From contig ML978123.1 in the NCBI GenBank assembly GCA_010015805.1, positions 2,976,001 to 3,040,000 on the forward strand: 64,000 bases of DNA, given 5' to 3'. Source of the DNA: Rhizodiscina lignyota. Its lineage: Eukaryota. The translations under genes were made by a program, and so were the position numbers. The notes beneath the pieces are model-generated. The model saw only the letters and a list, made by a program, of their open reading frames with translations. It was not told the DNA's origin and searched no databases. Shown one piece after another: positions 25,869 through 36,185 of this stretch (position 1 is the first letter of the stretch; each line of letters begins with the position of its first letter).

Positions 25869-26001
25869 GAATAGGTCTGATCCCCGCGGGATTCGAACCT
25901 ATTCCCCAGACCTGACAGCCCCAGCCGGTTGGTTGGAGGTGTGCAGGAGGAGCAAGTACAGCTCAGGTGAAGTCGGGGCTAACCCCTTGAGCCATACTGC
26001 C
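25869..26001 (-). ncRNA. tRNA-like RNA polymerase III unit (pseudo-tRNA, SINE head or unknown ncRNA); not a canonical tRNA
   Basis: Minus strand starts GGCAGTATGGCTCAAGGGGTTAG (T8, G10, A14, G18G19 = A box at tRNA positions). Perfect B box GGTTCGAATCC, T-runs immediately 3', TATTTATA ~35 nt upstream. Acceptor and T stems do not pair. Confidence 0.65.
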
Positions 26002-26137
26002 TTTTCGATCCGTTAGCTAGAAAATTGAATTTAGTATAAATATGCATAATGCGAAAATACCACGCGCTGGTTTAACCCCACAATAGCTTTATTCTTTCAA
26101 ATACGACTAGCTTCCCACCTTCTCAGTCGCCTTCTTC

Positions 26138-27143
26138 TCAAGATAAGTAGCCTTCCATCTCCATTTTCTTCGCTGTCCACTCCTCCAATTTGGCAGCGAG
26201 ATCCATATCCTTGGCTTTGCTGCTCTGCCAACCTGGTTCGGCTATGCGCTGGAAATAACTACCACTTTGTTCGCTTTTCATTTCTGGACTTGCTGCACAA
26301 AACACGCTGGTCCACGATCCCTTGTCCGAATCCATTCTTCCACCAAGAGAGCCGTACACGTTGACCAAAGCCTTCACGACACGAGGGATCTCCGCATGCT
26401 CGCCGATGTGGCTATCTACCAAGCCTGGATGGACGATTGCAGTCCAGATCTCACCATTTTCCGCTTTCGCGCTGGGCGAGCTAGGGCCATAAAGCTTGTT
26501 GAGGCTTTTGGCATGGAGGATATTCGCGAGTTTGGACTGGCCGTAGCGAGCCATGCCGCCGCCGTTTGCAAGAGACGTGTCGGCAAAGTTGATCCCTTCT
26601 TTTGGAGCGGAGTAGTGGCCCGACGAAGACAAGTTCACAATGCGCACACTTCCAGGAGACAGTGTCTTGGATGTAGCCAGCATGAGTGGGAGTAGATGGT
26701 ATGTGAAAACCCAGTGTGCGAGGTAATTTGTTTGCCACTGAGCTTCGTACCCATCCTTGGTCATCTCGAATGGAGTGGCCATAATGCCGGCATTATTGAT
26801 CAATCCATGGAGGACAGATTCTCTTGACACAACAAGTTTCGCGGCGGAAACGACGCTCGAGAGATTCAAGTGGTCCAACTTCAAGAGGGTTATCCGGGCA
26901 TTCGGGTACGAGGTCTTGATGTTCGAGATGGCAGTATTTCCTTTGGAAGGCGAGCGAGCACATAGGTAGACATGAGCACCATGCTGTGCGAGACGGGCAA
27001 CAGTGGAATAACCTCTGATGAAACGTAAATCACTCTGCTCATTAGATGTGGAAGGGTTCTGGTACTGACATGCCCGAGTTTCCGCCAGTGACAACGAATA
27101 CTCTACCACTGAGATCTGGGAGAGAATCAGGATGAAATGCCAT
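26138..27143 (-). CDS. Short-chain dehydrogenase/reductase (retinol dehydrogenase-like)
   Basis: MAFHPDSLPDLSGRVFVVTGGNSGI/GY across intron 27069-27015, INNAGIM, RIVNLSS, catalytic YGQSK, VHPGLV. Confidence 0.92.
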
Positions 27144-27620
27144 CTTTGAAATGAACAATTACAGTCGTAATATCGTCTTAGAAGAAGGTTATACGATATC
27201 TCAAGGCAAGAGGATGATGGGGAGAGTATCGGCTGGAACGCAAAGGGGTATTATCAGACCGTGCGTCGGATACCACTGCGACTACGCCGGCCACCATGTT
27301 TGCCTAGAGATTCCGTGAATAGAGGAAGAATGCGAGCTAAGCCTTGAGGTTCACGTTGCGTGGTCCACCTTCATGATGCGAAGCCAATAGAGTTCAGGGG
27401 TCTCGTCCCAATTCAGCCAAACGTGGAGGTAAGCCAGGTGCATGGAGCTAGGCACCGAATTGGTTAATGCGCATCTCCACCGAAATCGCATCCATACCAA
27501 ACCCGATTATCATTAGTGTAATCCAGTCATCGGCCGCGTCAATTGCGCAGCCGCCACCTTGATTCTCCAAGCCTCAATCAAGACTTCTTTTGAAACTGCT
27601 TGAGCACGTCACCGAGCATA

Positions 27621-28747
27621 ATGAGTCGTCTATCAGTGCCACGCCTAGCAGAAGTGAGTTACGACAACCGAAGCCGCCTGGACAGTCTCCACTAACCTAA
27701 TACGGGCTGTGGACGAGGAAGACGACTGGACCGGACTCACAGATGGAGCAGCTAGAAGAAAACGACAGAACAGGCTCAATGTAAGAGCATATCGTAAGTG
27801 CTAGGTAGTTTCATTTTGTACTTCGGGTTTTAATTCGGTCATCAATTTTTTCGTTTCAGATCATCCCGTACTGTCAGTCAGCGGTATACTCTATGGATAC
27901 TGTATGAAGTGTCATTATCGTATCTGTCGTCCTCTCTTTCGCACCACTTTCGTTCATCTAGCACCCTGTCGGCGCGGAGGTTAATCTTTCAACAGGACGA
28001 CGCAAGGCTCAAGGGCTGCATACTCGTAGAGCCACCGCTCTCGCACCTCCGACTATTCCAGACTCTAGAATACCTGTTTGGGTTGAGGATGAACAGGAGA
28101 TAATTTTTCTACCGGCCCCGATGTTCCATGAATTAAATGTCAAACGACCGCCCTTACTGCATCATGTGTCTATAGCTCAGATCCCGGCTATGCTAGACAG
28201 ATCAACTGCAGCCAGGGTCATGTTTCCACTATCGTCAGACCATCTGATTACCCTCCTCCAATACAACGTCCTCCGCGCTTCCATAGCCAATCGCATGCTC
28301 TTTTCATCATGTTACTCGACTTCACCCGTGGCCGAATGCTCCACAGCCGCGCTACATGTGCTTCCGAGCCTGCCGATACCCGATAATCTCCCTCCGTCGC
28401 TATATCCTACTGCTCTCCAGTGCAAAATACCGCACGAAGAATGGTTAGATATCGTGCCGCATCCTATATGGCGAGATAATGTTCTTCTCGCGCTTGGGAC
28501 GTTCGACGAAGATGAGGTTTGGGCTGATACTATTGGGGGCCTGTTTGAAGGCTTTCCGCACTCGGATGTAGAGCGTCGCGGTATTATTGCTTGGTCACCG
28601 CCGTGGCACGTCACTGGATGGGAAATCTCCGAAGGCTTTCTGCGGAAGTGGGGATGGATGTTTAAAGGGTGTGAGGACATACTGGAGGCAACTAACAAAT
28701 GGAGGGAGAAAAGAGGAGAGCATCCATTGAAACTCGACTGTGTCTAG
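27621..28747 (+). CDS. bZIP-like basic region plus DUF3425 domain regulator
   Basis: EDDWTGLTDGAARRKRQNRLNVRAY/RRRK, then SDHLITLLQYNVLRA, LPPSLYPTALQCKIPHEEWLDIVPHP, PWHVTGWEISEGFLRKWGW, ATNKWREKRGE. Introns start at 27654 and 27793; the first acceptor is atypical. Confidence 0.85.
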
Positions 28748-29651
28748 ATGTTGAACACGCCTACTTAATAGGCTGGAGCTATCCTAGATTCATATTATCG
28801 ATAACTGCTCTGCTTTTGTCTCACGGGCTGCTGCTATTGTACCATTTGGAGATGCTGCAGATCAAATCTGTACTATTTTCTCAAATGCAGGCTTAAAAAG
28901 GGGAGGGAGATCCTTTATAGCAGGAAAATAGAACTTTGCCGCGCCTGGCTCTTACCTGCGGCTATCAAGATTAGGATAAAAGAAACTGAATATTGGTTCT
29001 ATGAACGCTCGGTGCTGAGGTACCGGAGCGGGAGGTGGCGGACGTTGGAGGGGAGGTTCAATTGGGTGCTGATTATGTAAACAGTACCTCACCAATTTGA
29101 GTTTTAGGAGGCAGTCCCAACTTTCTGACCAGCAACCTCCTGCTTGCGTTCCTAGAGCCATAAAGAGCTCCAAGTGCATAACATCTCGATTTCCCTCCTG
29201 CTTATGAACCTATGACGAGTATGCTGCTTGCACGTCATCCTTGGCCATTGGAGAAACCGGCGGCTTTCCCTCCGCAATTTCGAGAACTGGCTAAGTAGTT
29301 CTGCATATCCTCTCGTCGTTCCTGCAGATGCCCAGCCCGTGGGAATCCTTCCCCGCTCATCTAACTTTCACGGTTCATTAAATTTGCCAGTCAATTCTCA
29401 CTATGGCACGGCGTGGAAATGTCCGGAAATCGTGGACGGAGGATAACATGCGAAAGAGGGGATTCGGGGAGAAGAACCACCCATATTCTTGGCCTTGAAT
29501 ATTTAATTCCCACCTCGCCAAATAATTGGTGTCTCCGCCCCAGGATTGCCATACGGCGAATATCATTGCTCCACCTTTATGACCCTAGTCCTCGTTGTCA
29601 TTTAGTTCATACCCGGGACTTTGGTACTACTCGAACAATCGAGAAGCGGAC

Positions 29652-30990
29652 ATGCGAGCCATTCTCCACCTCGCAGGCCTACCTCTGGCCTTGGGCCGCT
29701 TCTTGAAGCCTCTCCCTTCTGGATTTGAACATACCCCAGGGAGTTGGGCATGGATGTCGTACGATGAACCAGATTTTCGTGTTCTGCCCGGACATTTCAA
29801 TCGTTCCGTACTGTACGCACCATGGAATGCTACAGTGTCTGATCCCACCTTGAATAAAGTGTAAGCTTCTTGTGTATCACGATGCCTGTCATAGACATGC
29901 GTCAATTCTTGCAGCCGTCCTAACAGTCAACTTTGAAAGAAACGACCACCTCAACTACACGGACTTTGTTGCATACGATCCACAGTTCTTCGATATCATT
30001 GGCCCTGAGGCGACCATCGAGCATCTTCATCTGTTGCCCTATCAAACTCATGAGGCATCATGCTGGAATCCAGAATCGAAGGAGCTCTTCTTTGCCGAAT
30101 GGGGCCCCCCAGGCGGCAACAATGGAACCCATACCTGGCAGTATCTTATGAACACGGAGACCAATGAGCTTCGCAACATCACGACAGATCCACCGACAGT
30201 CAATGCACATGGCTGCACGTTTTACAAAGGTAAAATGTACGTCGTGACAGACGGCGACCATCATGAATCGGGACAAATTGTCGAGATCGATCCGAAGACT
30301 TTGAAGAAGACTGTCCTTCTCAATAATGTCTTCGAGCAGCCTTTCATTGGATTCAATGATATTGATATCGACGAGGATGGTAACTTTTGGGTAACCGACT
30401 CGAGATCAGGCATTGTGAGTAATATACGCATGAGGTACACTGAAAGAACGGACTAACAAATGAATAAGAACCGTGCAATCATTCCGTGGTGGCCTCGGAC
30501 CAGACCAGGATTGTACGTGGTCAATGCAACGACGTGGCGTCCGAAGCCAGTGTGGTACACGAACGATTTTGCAGTCTCAAGCGCCAATGGTATTGCAGTA
30601 ACGGCAACGGTGAATGGTCGTCGCACAGCATACATACCCCAAACAGCTGCAGTAGATCCTACCTATATTTACAGCAACTTTGCGCTTATGGCGTATGATA
30701 TCGACCTCGAAGGCACGATACTCACGAACCCCCGGCTCCTCAACAACCCGATTGCTTATTACTACGACGGACTCCGCGTTTCCAGGAACGGCTGGATCTT
30801 CGGAGGTGCTGGGCAAAGTGTTGATATCATCCATCCAGTGACCGGTCTAACGCTGGGATCTATTCGTGTTGGAGGTGGATTGAATGTTGCCGTGAACGTC
30901 GCTTTCGGGAAACATGAGATGTGGATTGTGGGGAAGGGAGGCGTGTGGCACGTCAAAGGAATCAAGGAGAGACTTGACCGCACCTGGTAA
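29652..30990 (+). CDS. SMP-30/gluconolactonase-family (six-bladed, Ca-dependent) lactonohydrolase, probably secreted
   Basis: FVAYDPQFFDIIG, HEA, FNDIDID...FWVTDS, ANGIAV, YYDGLRVSRNGWIF, VNVAFG...WIVG. Introns ~29861-29939 and ~30415-30468. Confidence 0.85.
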
Positions 30991-31114
30991 GATCTCGAGC
31001 TGGCACTTGCAAGTCGGTATCATTGCTATGCTCAAGTGGCAGAGAAGCGCAGAGCAAGTCGCATTCAGTCTCCATTACTGCCGAATTATATAACTCAATA
31101 AAGTCTAGAGATCT

Positions 31115-32407
31115 TTACGCGACATCCTCCAAGCCACACCATTCTGCAATGAACAAGGCAATGACTGCTGTCACCCGCTCGATGCTCTTTATGTTAACTC
31201 GTTCATCAAACCCATGAACGCTTTCGCTAAGAGGGCCATAGACAAGAGCTGGTATCTTATCGTACAATGTAAAGATTCGAGCATCGAGATATGCTGGCGA
31301 AGTGGTGTCTGGTAGGGTTCCTTCGTTCACGTTGTGATAAGCCGTCTGCAATATGTTCTCAGCTTCGCTGGGCGGTAGCACAAAACCTTCGGCGAAAAAC
31401 CCGTTCCATATGACTTTCGCTGGTGAGCTGGATAGGAACGGATCGTCCTCTGAAGTTTTCTGTACTATGCTCTCGATCTTATCTGCAAGTTCTTTTGCAG
31501 TTGTGCCGGGATAAAGAGAAACGCGATAGTCAATCGTGCACCAAGCTGGCACCGAGCTTGCCCAGTCGCCGCCTTTGATCTTCGCAACATTGAGATTTAT
31601 AGGGTGCTTCATGTGCTCGAAATGAGGAATTTTCCCTTTCTGCTCGTTTATCTCCTTCTCTAGTTCCTGTAGCGCACCAACAATTTTCCATGCGGCACTA
31701 ATTGCGCTCGACCCCTCGGTCATCCTGGACACATGGACGGGATACCCCCTCACCTCTACCTGGAACCAGAGTACACCGACATTGGCTCTGACCAGCGCCT
31801 CTCCTGTTGGCTCTGGGATGAGAGCAGCATCTGCAGTGAATCCAGCTAAATGTGTGGCCATGGTGCCGTTTCCGGTCGACTCTTCTTCAGGCACGGATTC
31901 CAAAATCAATTTAGAGGCCGGTTGCTTCCCAATCTTTCGAAGAGCATCTAAAGCAAACATGTTCGCAACGAGACCTGAACGCATGTCGCCGCCTCCACGT
32001 CCATACAGCCAATCACCGTCGATGACAGCAGAATAAGGGTTGCCGTCCTCCCACATATCCTCTGGTCCAGTAGGCACGATGTCGATGTGGCCATTGAGTA
32101 TCAAGCTCTTTCCTGCAGATCCAGCGGACTTTGGCTCATGAAAACCGACTACAACTGGCGCTCTCGAATGTTGCGGACTGAACTTCCCGGCGCCGCCATG
32201 CTTGGAGAGAACCTCCTCGTCCATCTCGAATTTCTTAGGCGCGTAACCCCGCGAGGTGTACTGATTGAACATCTCTTCTTGAACAGCGGCTTCTTCGCCT
32301 CGCTGGCCGCCATATTGAATTATCTTTTGCGTGAATTGGATTTGATTATTGAAATTTTCATGGACGGCTTCTTTTATCGAAGCGACCAGCTCCGGGCTGA
32401 GAGGCAT
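31115..32407 (-). CDS. M20 family ArgE/DapE-type deacylase (acetylornithine deacetylase-like)
   Basis: 430 aa, intronless. Metal-binding motifs SLILNGHIDIVP, LYGRGGGDM, EEESTGNG, LIPEPT and C-terminal VHGFDE. Confidence 0.92.
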   Translation of the reverse strand: MPLSPELVASIKEAVHENFNNQIQFTQKIIQYGGQRGEEAAVQEEMFNQYTSRGYAPKKFEMDEEVLSKHGGAGKFSPQHSRAPVVVGFHEPKSAGSAGKSLILNGHIDIVPTGPEDMWEDGNPYSAVIDGDWLYGRGGGDMRSGLVANMFALDALRKIGKQPASKLILESVPEEESTGNGTMATHLAGFTADAALIPEPTGEALVRANVGVLWFQVEVRGYPVHVSRMTEGSSAISAAWKIVGALQELEKEINEQKGKIPHFEHMKHPINLNVAKIKGGDWASSVPAWCTIDYRVSLYPGTTAKELADKIESIVQKTSEDDPFLSSSPAKVIWNGFFAEGFVLPPSEAENILQTAYHNVNEGTLPDTTSPAYLDARIFTLYDKIPALVYGPLSESVHGFDERVNIKSIERVTAVIALFIAEWCGLEDVA

Positions 32408-33193
32408 CTTGAAGGATGCGCGGAGATCAGCAGATTAAAAAGGGGTATTGTAGGCTGGAGGATCGAGACACCCTCTGACACCCTTATATCTCGCATATCT
32501 AACTCCTAGGCTATCAACCAAGTAGGACTAAATGAGGCCATAACGGTCGGCAGTCGGCTACCGATATGGGCAGGTATTCGGAGTTGCGCGAATGATGTCC
32601 TAGAGTAGTCCTAATTTGGAAATAATATCCAGCGGCCAGGTATTAATGTATACTCAAAGACAGAGGACTGGCAGGCCGACAGGAAAACAACAATAGATAG
32701 GTTAGTGTCACAGAGGAACTTTACAAAAGCTACCGACAAGCCTTTAGCTTTGATAACTTTCCTAGATAGCTTCAAATATTCATTTCCGTCCTACATGTAG
32801 GGAACAGCCTGGTTAGGTAACCAGGGTCACTGACTCGGGAATTTTGAACACTGCACTGCCTCTTTCAAAACGCAAACTTCCGTTCCAATTTTCATCTTTC
32901 TCTTCATGTAAATAATGTTATCTCGCCCCTCATGGATCATGCTCCAGCTCCACAGCATTACTGGACAATGGCCGGAATGGCTGCTGTTAGTATTCACGCA
33001 AATGCGAACAGCGCGCATCGTAACCATTGAAGCAAATCCAAAGCTGCAGTCTAGCGTAGTGAATCGCTCTGCTCGAGCCACTTCTCGAAGGCGCCAAAAT
33101 ACTTATCCTTGACTGTCAGTGATGCTTGGCGAGTTGTACTTATGTTCTGACTGTTGACTTTCTCCAGCTACTCCAGGATATCCTGCAGTCACC

Positions 33194-35899
33194 ATGGAAG
33201 ACGATCATCCCACCGGCCTTCGCGCGCAAATATTGCTTGCGTCTTTCCGGCTTCTGTTGCGCTCGATCATGTTGCAAGCTCTTCGCCATCTAGCTTGGTG
33301 CCTCTACCTTCACATTTTCAACTTTCCAATTCTGACGTTCTCCGCCAATAACCCGATTGTCTTTATCCCATTGATATTTAGTCCAAATCACTGGAAGTTC
33401 AGAACTCGATGGTCATCTACCACCGGTGTCCGACTCGGCTTGAAAAACGCGCTCATCACGTTCGCATTATGGGTCCTTATAGTTCGAGCTCTCCATAATG
33501 ATTCGTCACCTCTGGCTACCACGCGACTAAACAGTATCATATGGCAAGCTTGTAAGTCAAGAGTCTGCTTCTGGGGCCATTCCATCATATGCAGATGCTT
33601 TTTCGGTACAGACTATGGTACTCGACTCGCTCTTCTGTGGTTCAGAACTCTCTTATGGTACCGTGAAAAGATCACCCACACCTTTTTGCCACTTGGCAAG
33701 ACTTGTCTGCTGTTATTTGTGTTACTGACTCACTGGATTCAGCTGATATGGCGAGTCATTTGTCAGTGCCTTGAAAATATCATTGTGGAGATCATTGAAC
33801 TCCATCTTGAAGACTTTTTGGCTGTGTTTATCGTGGATGGTATTACCATGGGCATCCAAGACGATTCATCTTTTGGGTACAGCCATTGGATTACTTGGAC
33901 AGGCATTTCAATCTTGCTTTTCACTGTCGTCTTGCAGGTGCAGAGACGACCACAGACTTAGGCTCACCTCTGTAAAAATTCTTTAGAGCCGCTGGAATCC
34001 TTCAATTACAGCCCTCTGAAAGGTGACAAGCATATTCGCCTCCTTCTGATCCATCCAAAGCAATCTGACAGTAAATTGAGATGCGCGTTGTTTCAGACAC
34101 CCCTATATTCAGCACCACGCTATGAGGCTATACCATATTGCTGGGGAGATCCCAAGAAATGTGCCAATATCTCTGTCAACGGTCGGTCGGTCGAAATTAC
34201 TTCAAACGCACTAGAGGTATTGAATTGGCGAAGCTCTAATTTATTACCAAAACTGATCTGGATCGATTCCATCTGCATTAACCAAGGAAACGAGGACGAG
34301 AAACTTCATCAAATTGAGCTCATGGAGGACATCTACAGCAAAGCGTCTCTTGTGACTGCAGTTCTTTTACCAACTGCTGAGAAATTGAACGTACGCAAGG
34401 AATACGACGAACTTTTTGGACCGCACCTGACAGAGTATATTCTCGGTACAGATCACGCTCAAGAGAAAGGTCAGATCCAAAATATTCTCTACAAGGACGC
34501 TGTAGCATGGCAGGCTATGCATGTCTTAGAAGATGTCAGCCTATCTTACTTCCAAACCGAGTCCGATCCGATCGCGATGTACTGGAAATTTGCTCCTCAG
34601 CGATACTCATTTCGCCTCAAAGCTCTTCGCGAATTTCTGTCGAATCCTTGGTTTGAGCGTATGTGGGTTTTGCAAGAGATAGCGCTGGCACATTCTTTCC
34701 GATTCATGTACGGAGATATTACGATCCCATGGCAACGTGTGTTGGAAGTCACGCAGGTTACAACAAGAAATTCAGGGCTAGCTGGACCGCTGTTTCTATC
34801 AACTGATAAAATTGGCCATCGAAAAGCACTATCAGCTGCTTGCGAAACATTTCCAACAATTTGTAGGATTCGAAATGCAATCAGAGACGATGAAAACCGC
34901 TCTCTCGCAACAATACTTCTGCAGTGCCGAAACTTCAAGTCGACCAACCCAGAAGACAAGCTCTTTGCAATACCAGAGAAACTGCTGAAGCCGACGGAGA
35001 GCAAAAACATGACTATGGAAACGTTGTTGACTAATGCAGCTGAATGCATAGTAGCTGAAGGCGATACAGCTCGGATGCTGGCAGTTGCAGGTATTGACTC
35101 CAATGGAAGCTCCACCTTGTCTCGTGTTTTACCATCCTGGGTTCCAAACTGGCCCGTAACGCAAACTAAGACCTGTTTATCATTCCGCAACGAAGGAATC
35201 GACTACCACGCGGGAGGCCTGGAGCCGATGCAGGCGCGAATCCAAGATCAGAACCTCTTCGTGTTTGGTTACTCTTTTGACAAAGTCTAACAGCTCGGTC
35301 CCGTTTGTGACTACTTTCCATTGCCGACCGGTGATGCTACTGGAAATATCATTGAGGTCTGCGACAAATTCCGGAAATCCATCAAAGTAGTAACAGACTC
35401 GAACCGGGCAAATAATCTAAACTCTGAAGCCAAGAGGAAGGACCTGCAAGATGCGCTCTGGAGGACCATGATAGGAAATCGGACATTCACAGAATACCCT
35501 GCTCCGGCGCAAGTGGCTGAATCCTTCAAGCAATCCTGCACTTTCCTAGACAAGGCTGCCAACGATCCTTCAATACTGTCCAGTACCGAAGGCATCGGGA
35601 CAGCGGAGCTGAAAAAACTACACTCGATGAGAGAATTCGTGCACCCCATGTGGCAATGTCTAGTAGGGAGAAGAATATGCATCACTGTAAAAGGATTTCT
35701 TGCAGTTGTCGCTTCTATGACAGAGAGGGGAGATGAGATCATTGTGTTGGTGGGAATGCAAACTCCTTCTGTCATTCGAAGTTTGGAAATCGACGGTTCC
35801 ATACAGCGACAGTACATAGGAGAGTGCTATGTACACGACATCATGAACGGCGAAATTTGTCAACAAGGCATTCCCAGAGAACAGTTTATATTAAGATAG
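33194..35899 (+). pseudogene. Membrane-anchored HET-domain (Het-6-like) gene interrupted by two in-frame stops
   Basis: ORFs 33194, 34076 and 35321 share one frame, broken only by TAG 33959-33961 and TAA 35288-35290. HET motifs YSPL...IRLL, YEAIPYCWG, IWIDSICINQ, MEDIYSKA, WFERMWVLQE, LPSWVPNW, YIGECYVHDIMNGE. Confidence 0.8.
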
Positions 35900-36185
35900 A
35901 CACCAACATCTTTCAAGGCCTCCTATGCGTACAGAAATCATCATTTGTTCATCAGCCGATACTCTCCCCAACGACCTGCGAATCCAACTATATTCGACAA
36001 TCCGAATTCGTTGACCGTTACTGATGGTGCCTTTGAACATACCTCCCTCCTGACTTCGCTTCTGCAATAAAGATTTCGTTGTTTCGACTCCTGCAAGATT
36101 CGGATTCTCGTGGCTCGCCGTCACTCCATTGCCATTTGCAGATTTACCGTCACGGAATTCTCGGCTCTGTCATTCACGAATTCTC

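Noticed and set aside
25940..25958. HDV-ribozyme-like P3/L3 (TGC-TCCTCCT-GCA) in the Pol III element
   Set aside because: No P1 partner, no P1.1 GG, and the conserved L3 G is missing.
32790..32825. Adjacent palindromes CCTACATGTAGG and CCTGGTTA-GG-TAACCAGG
   Set aside because: Palindromes of this size are expected by chance in 64 kb; no matching end or target-site duplication was found.
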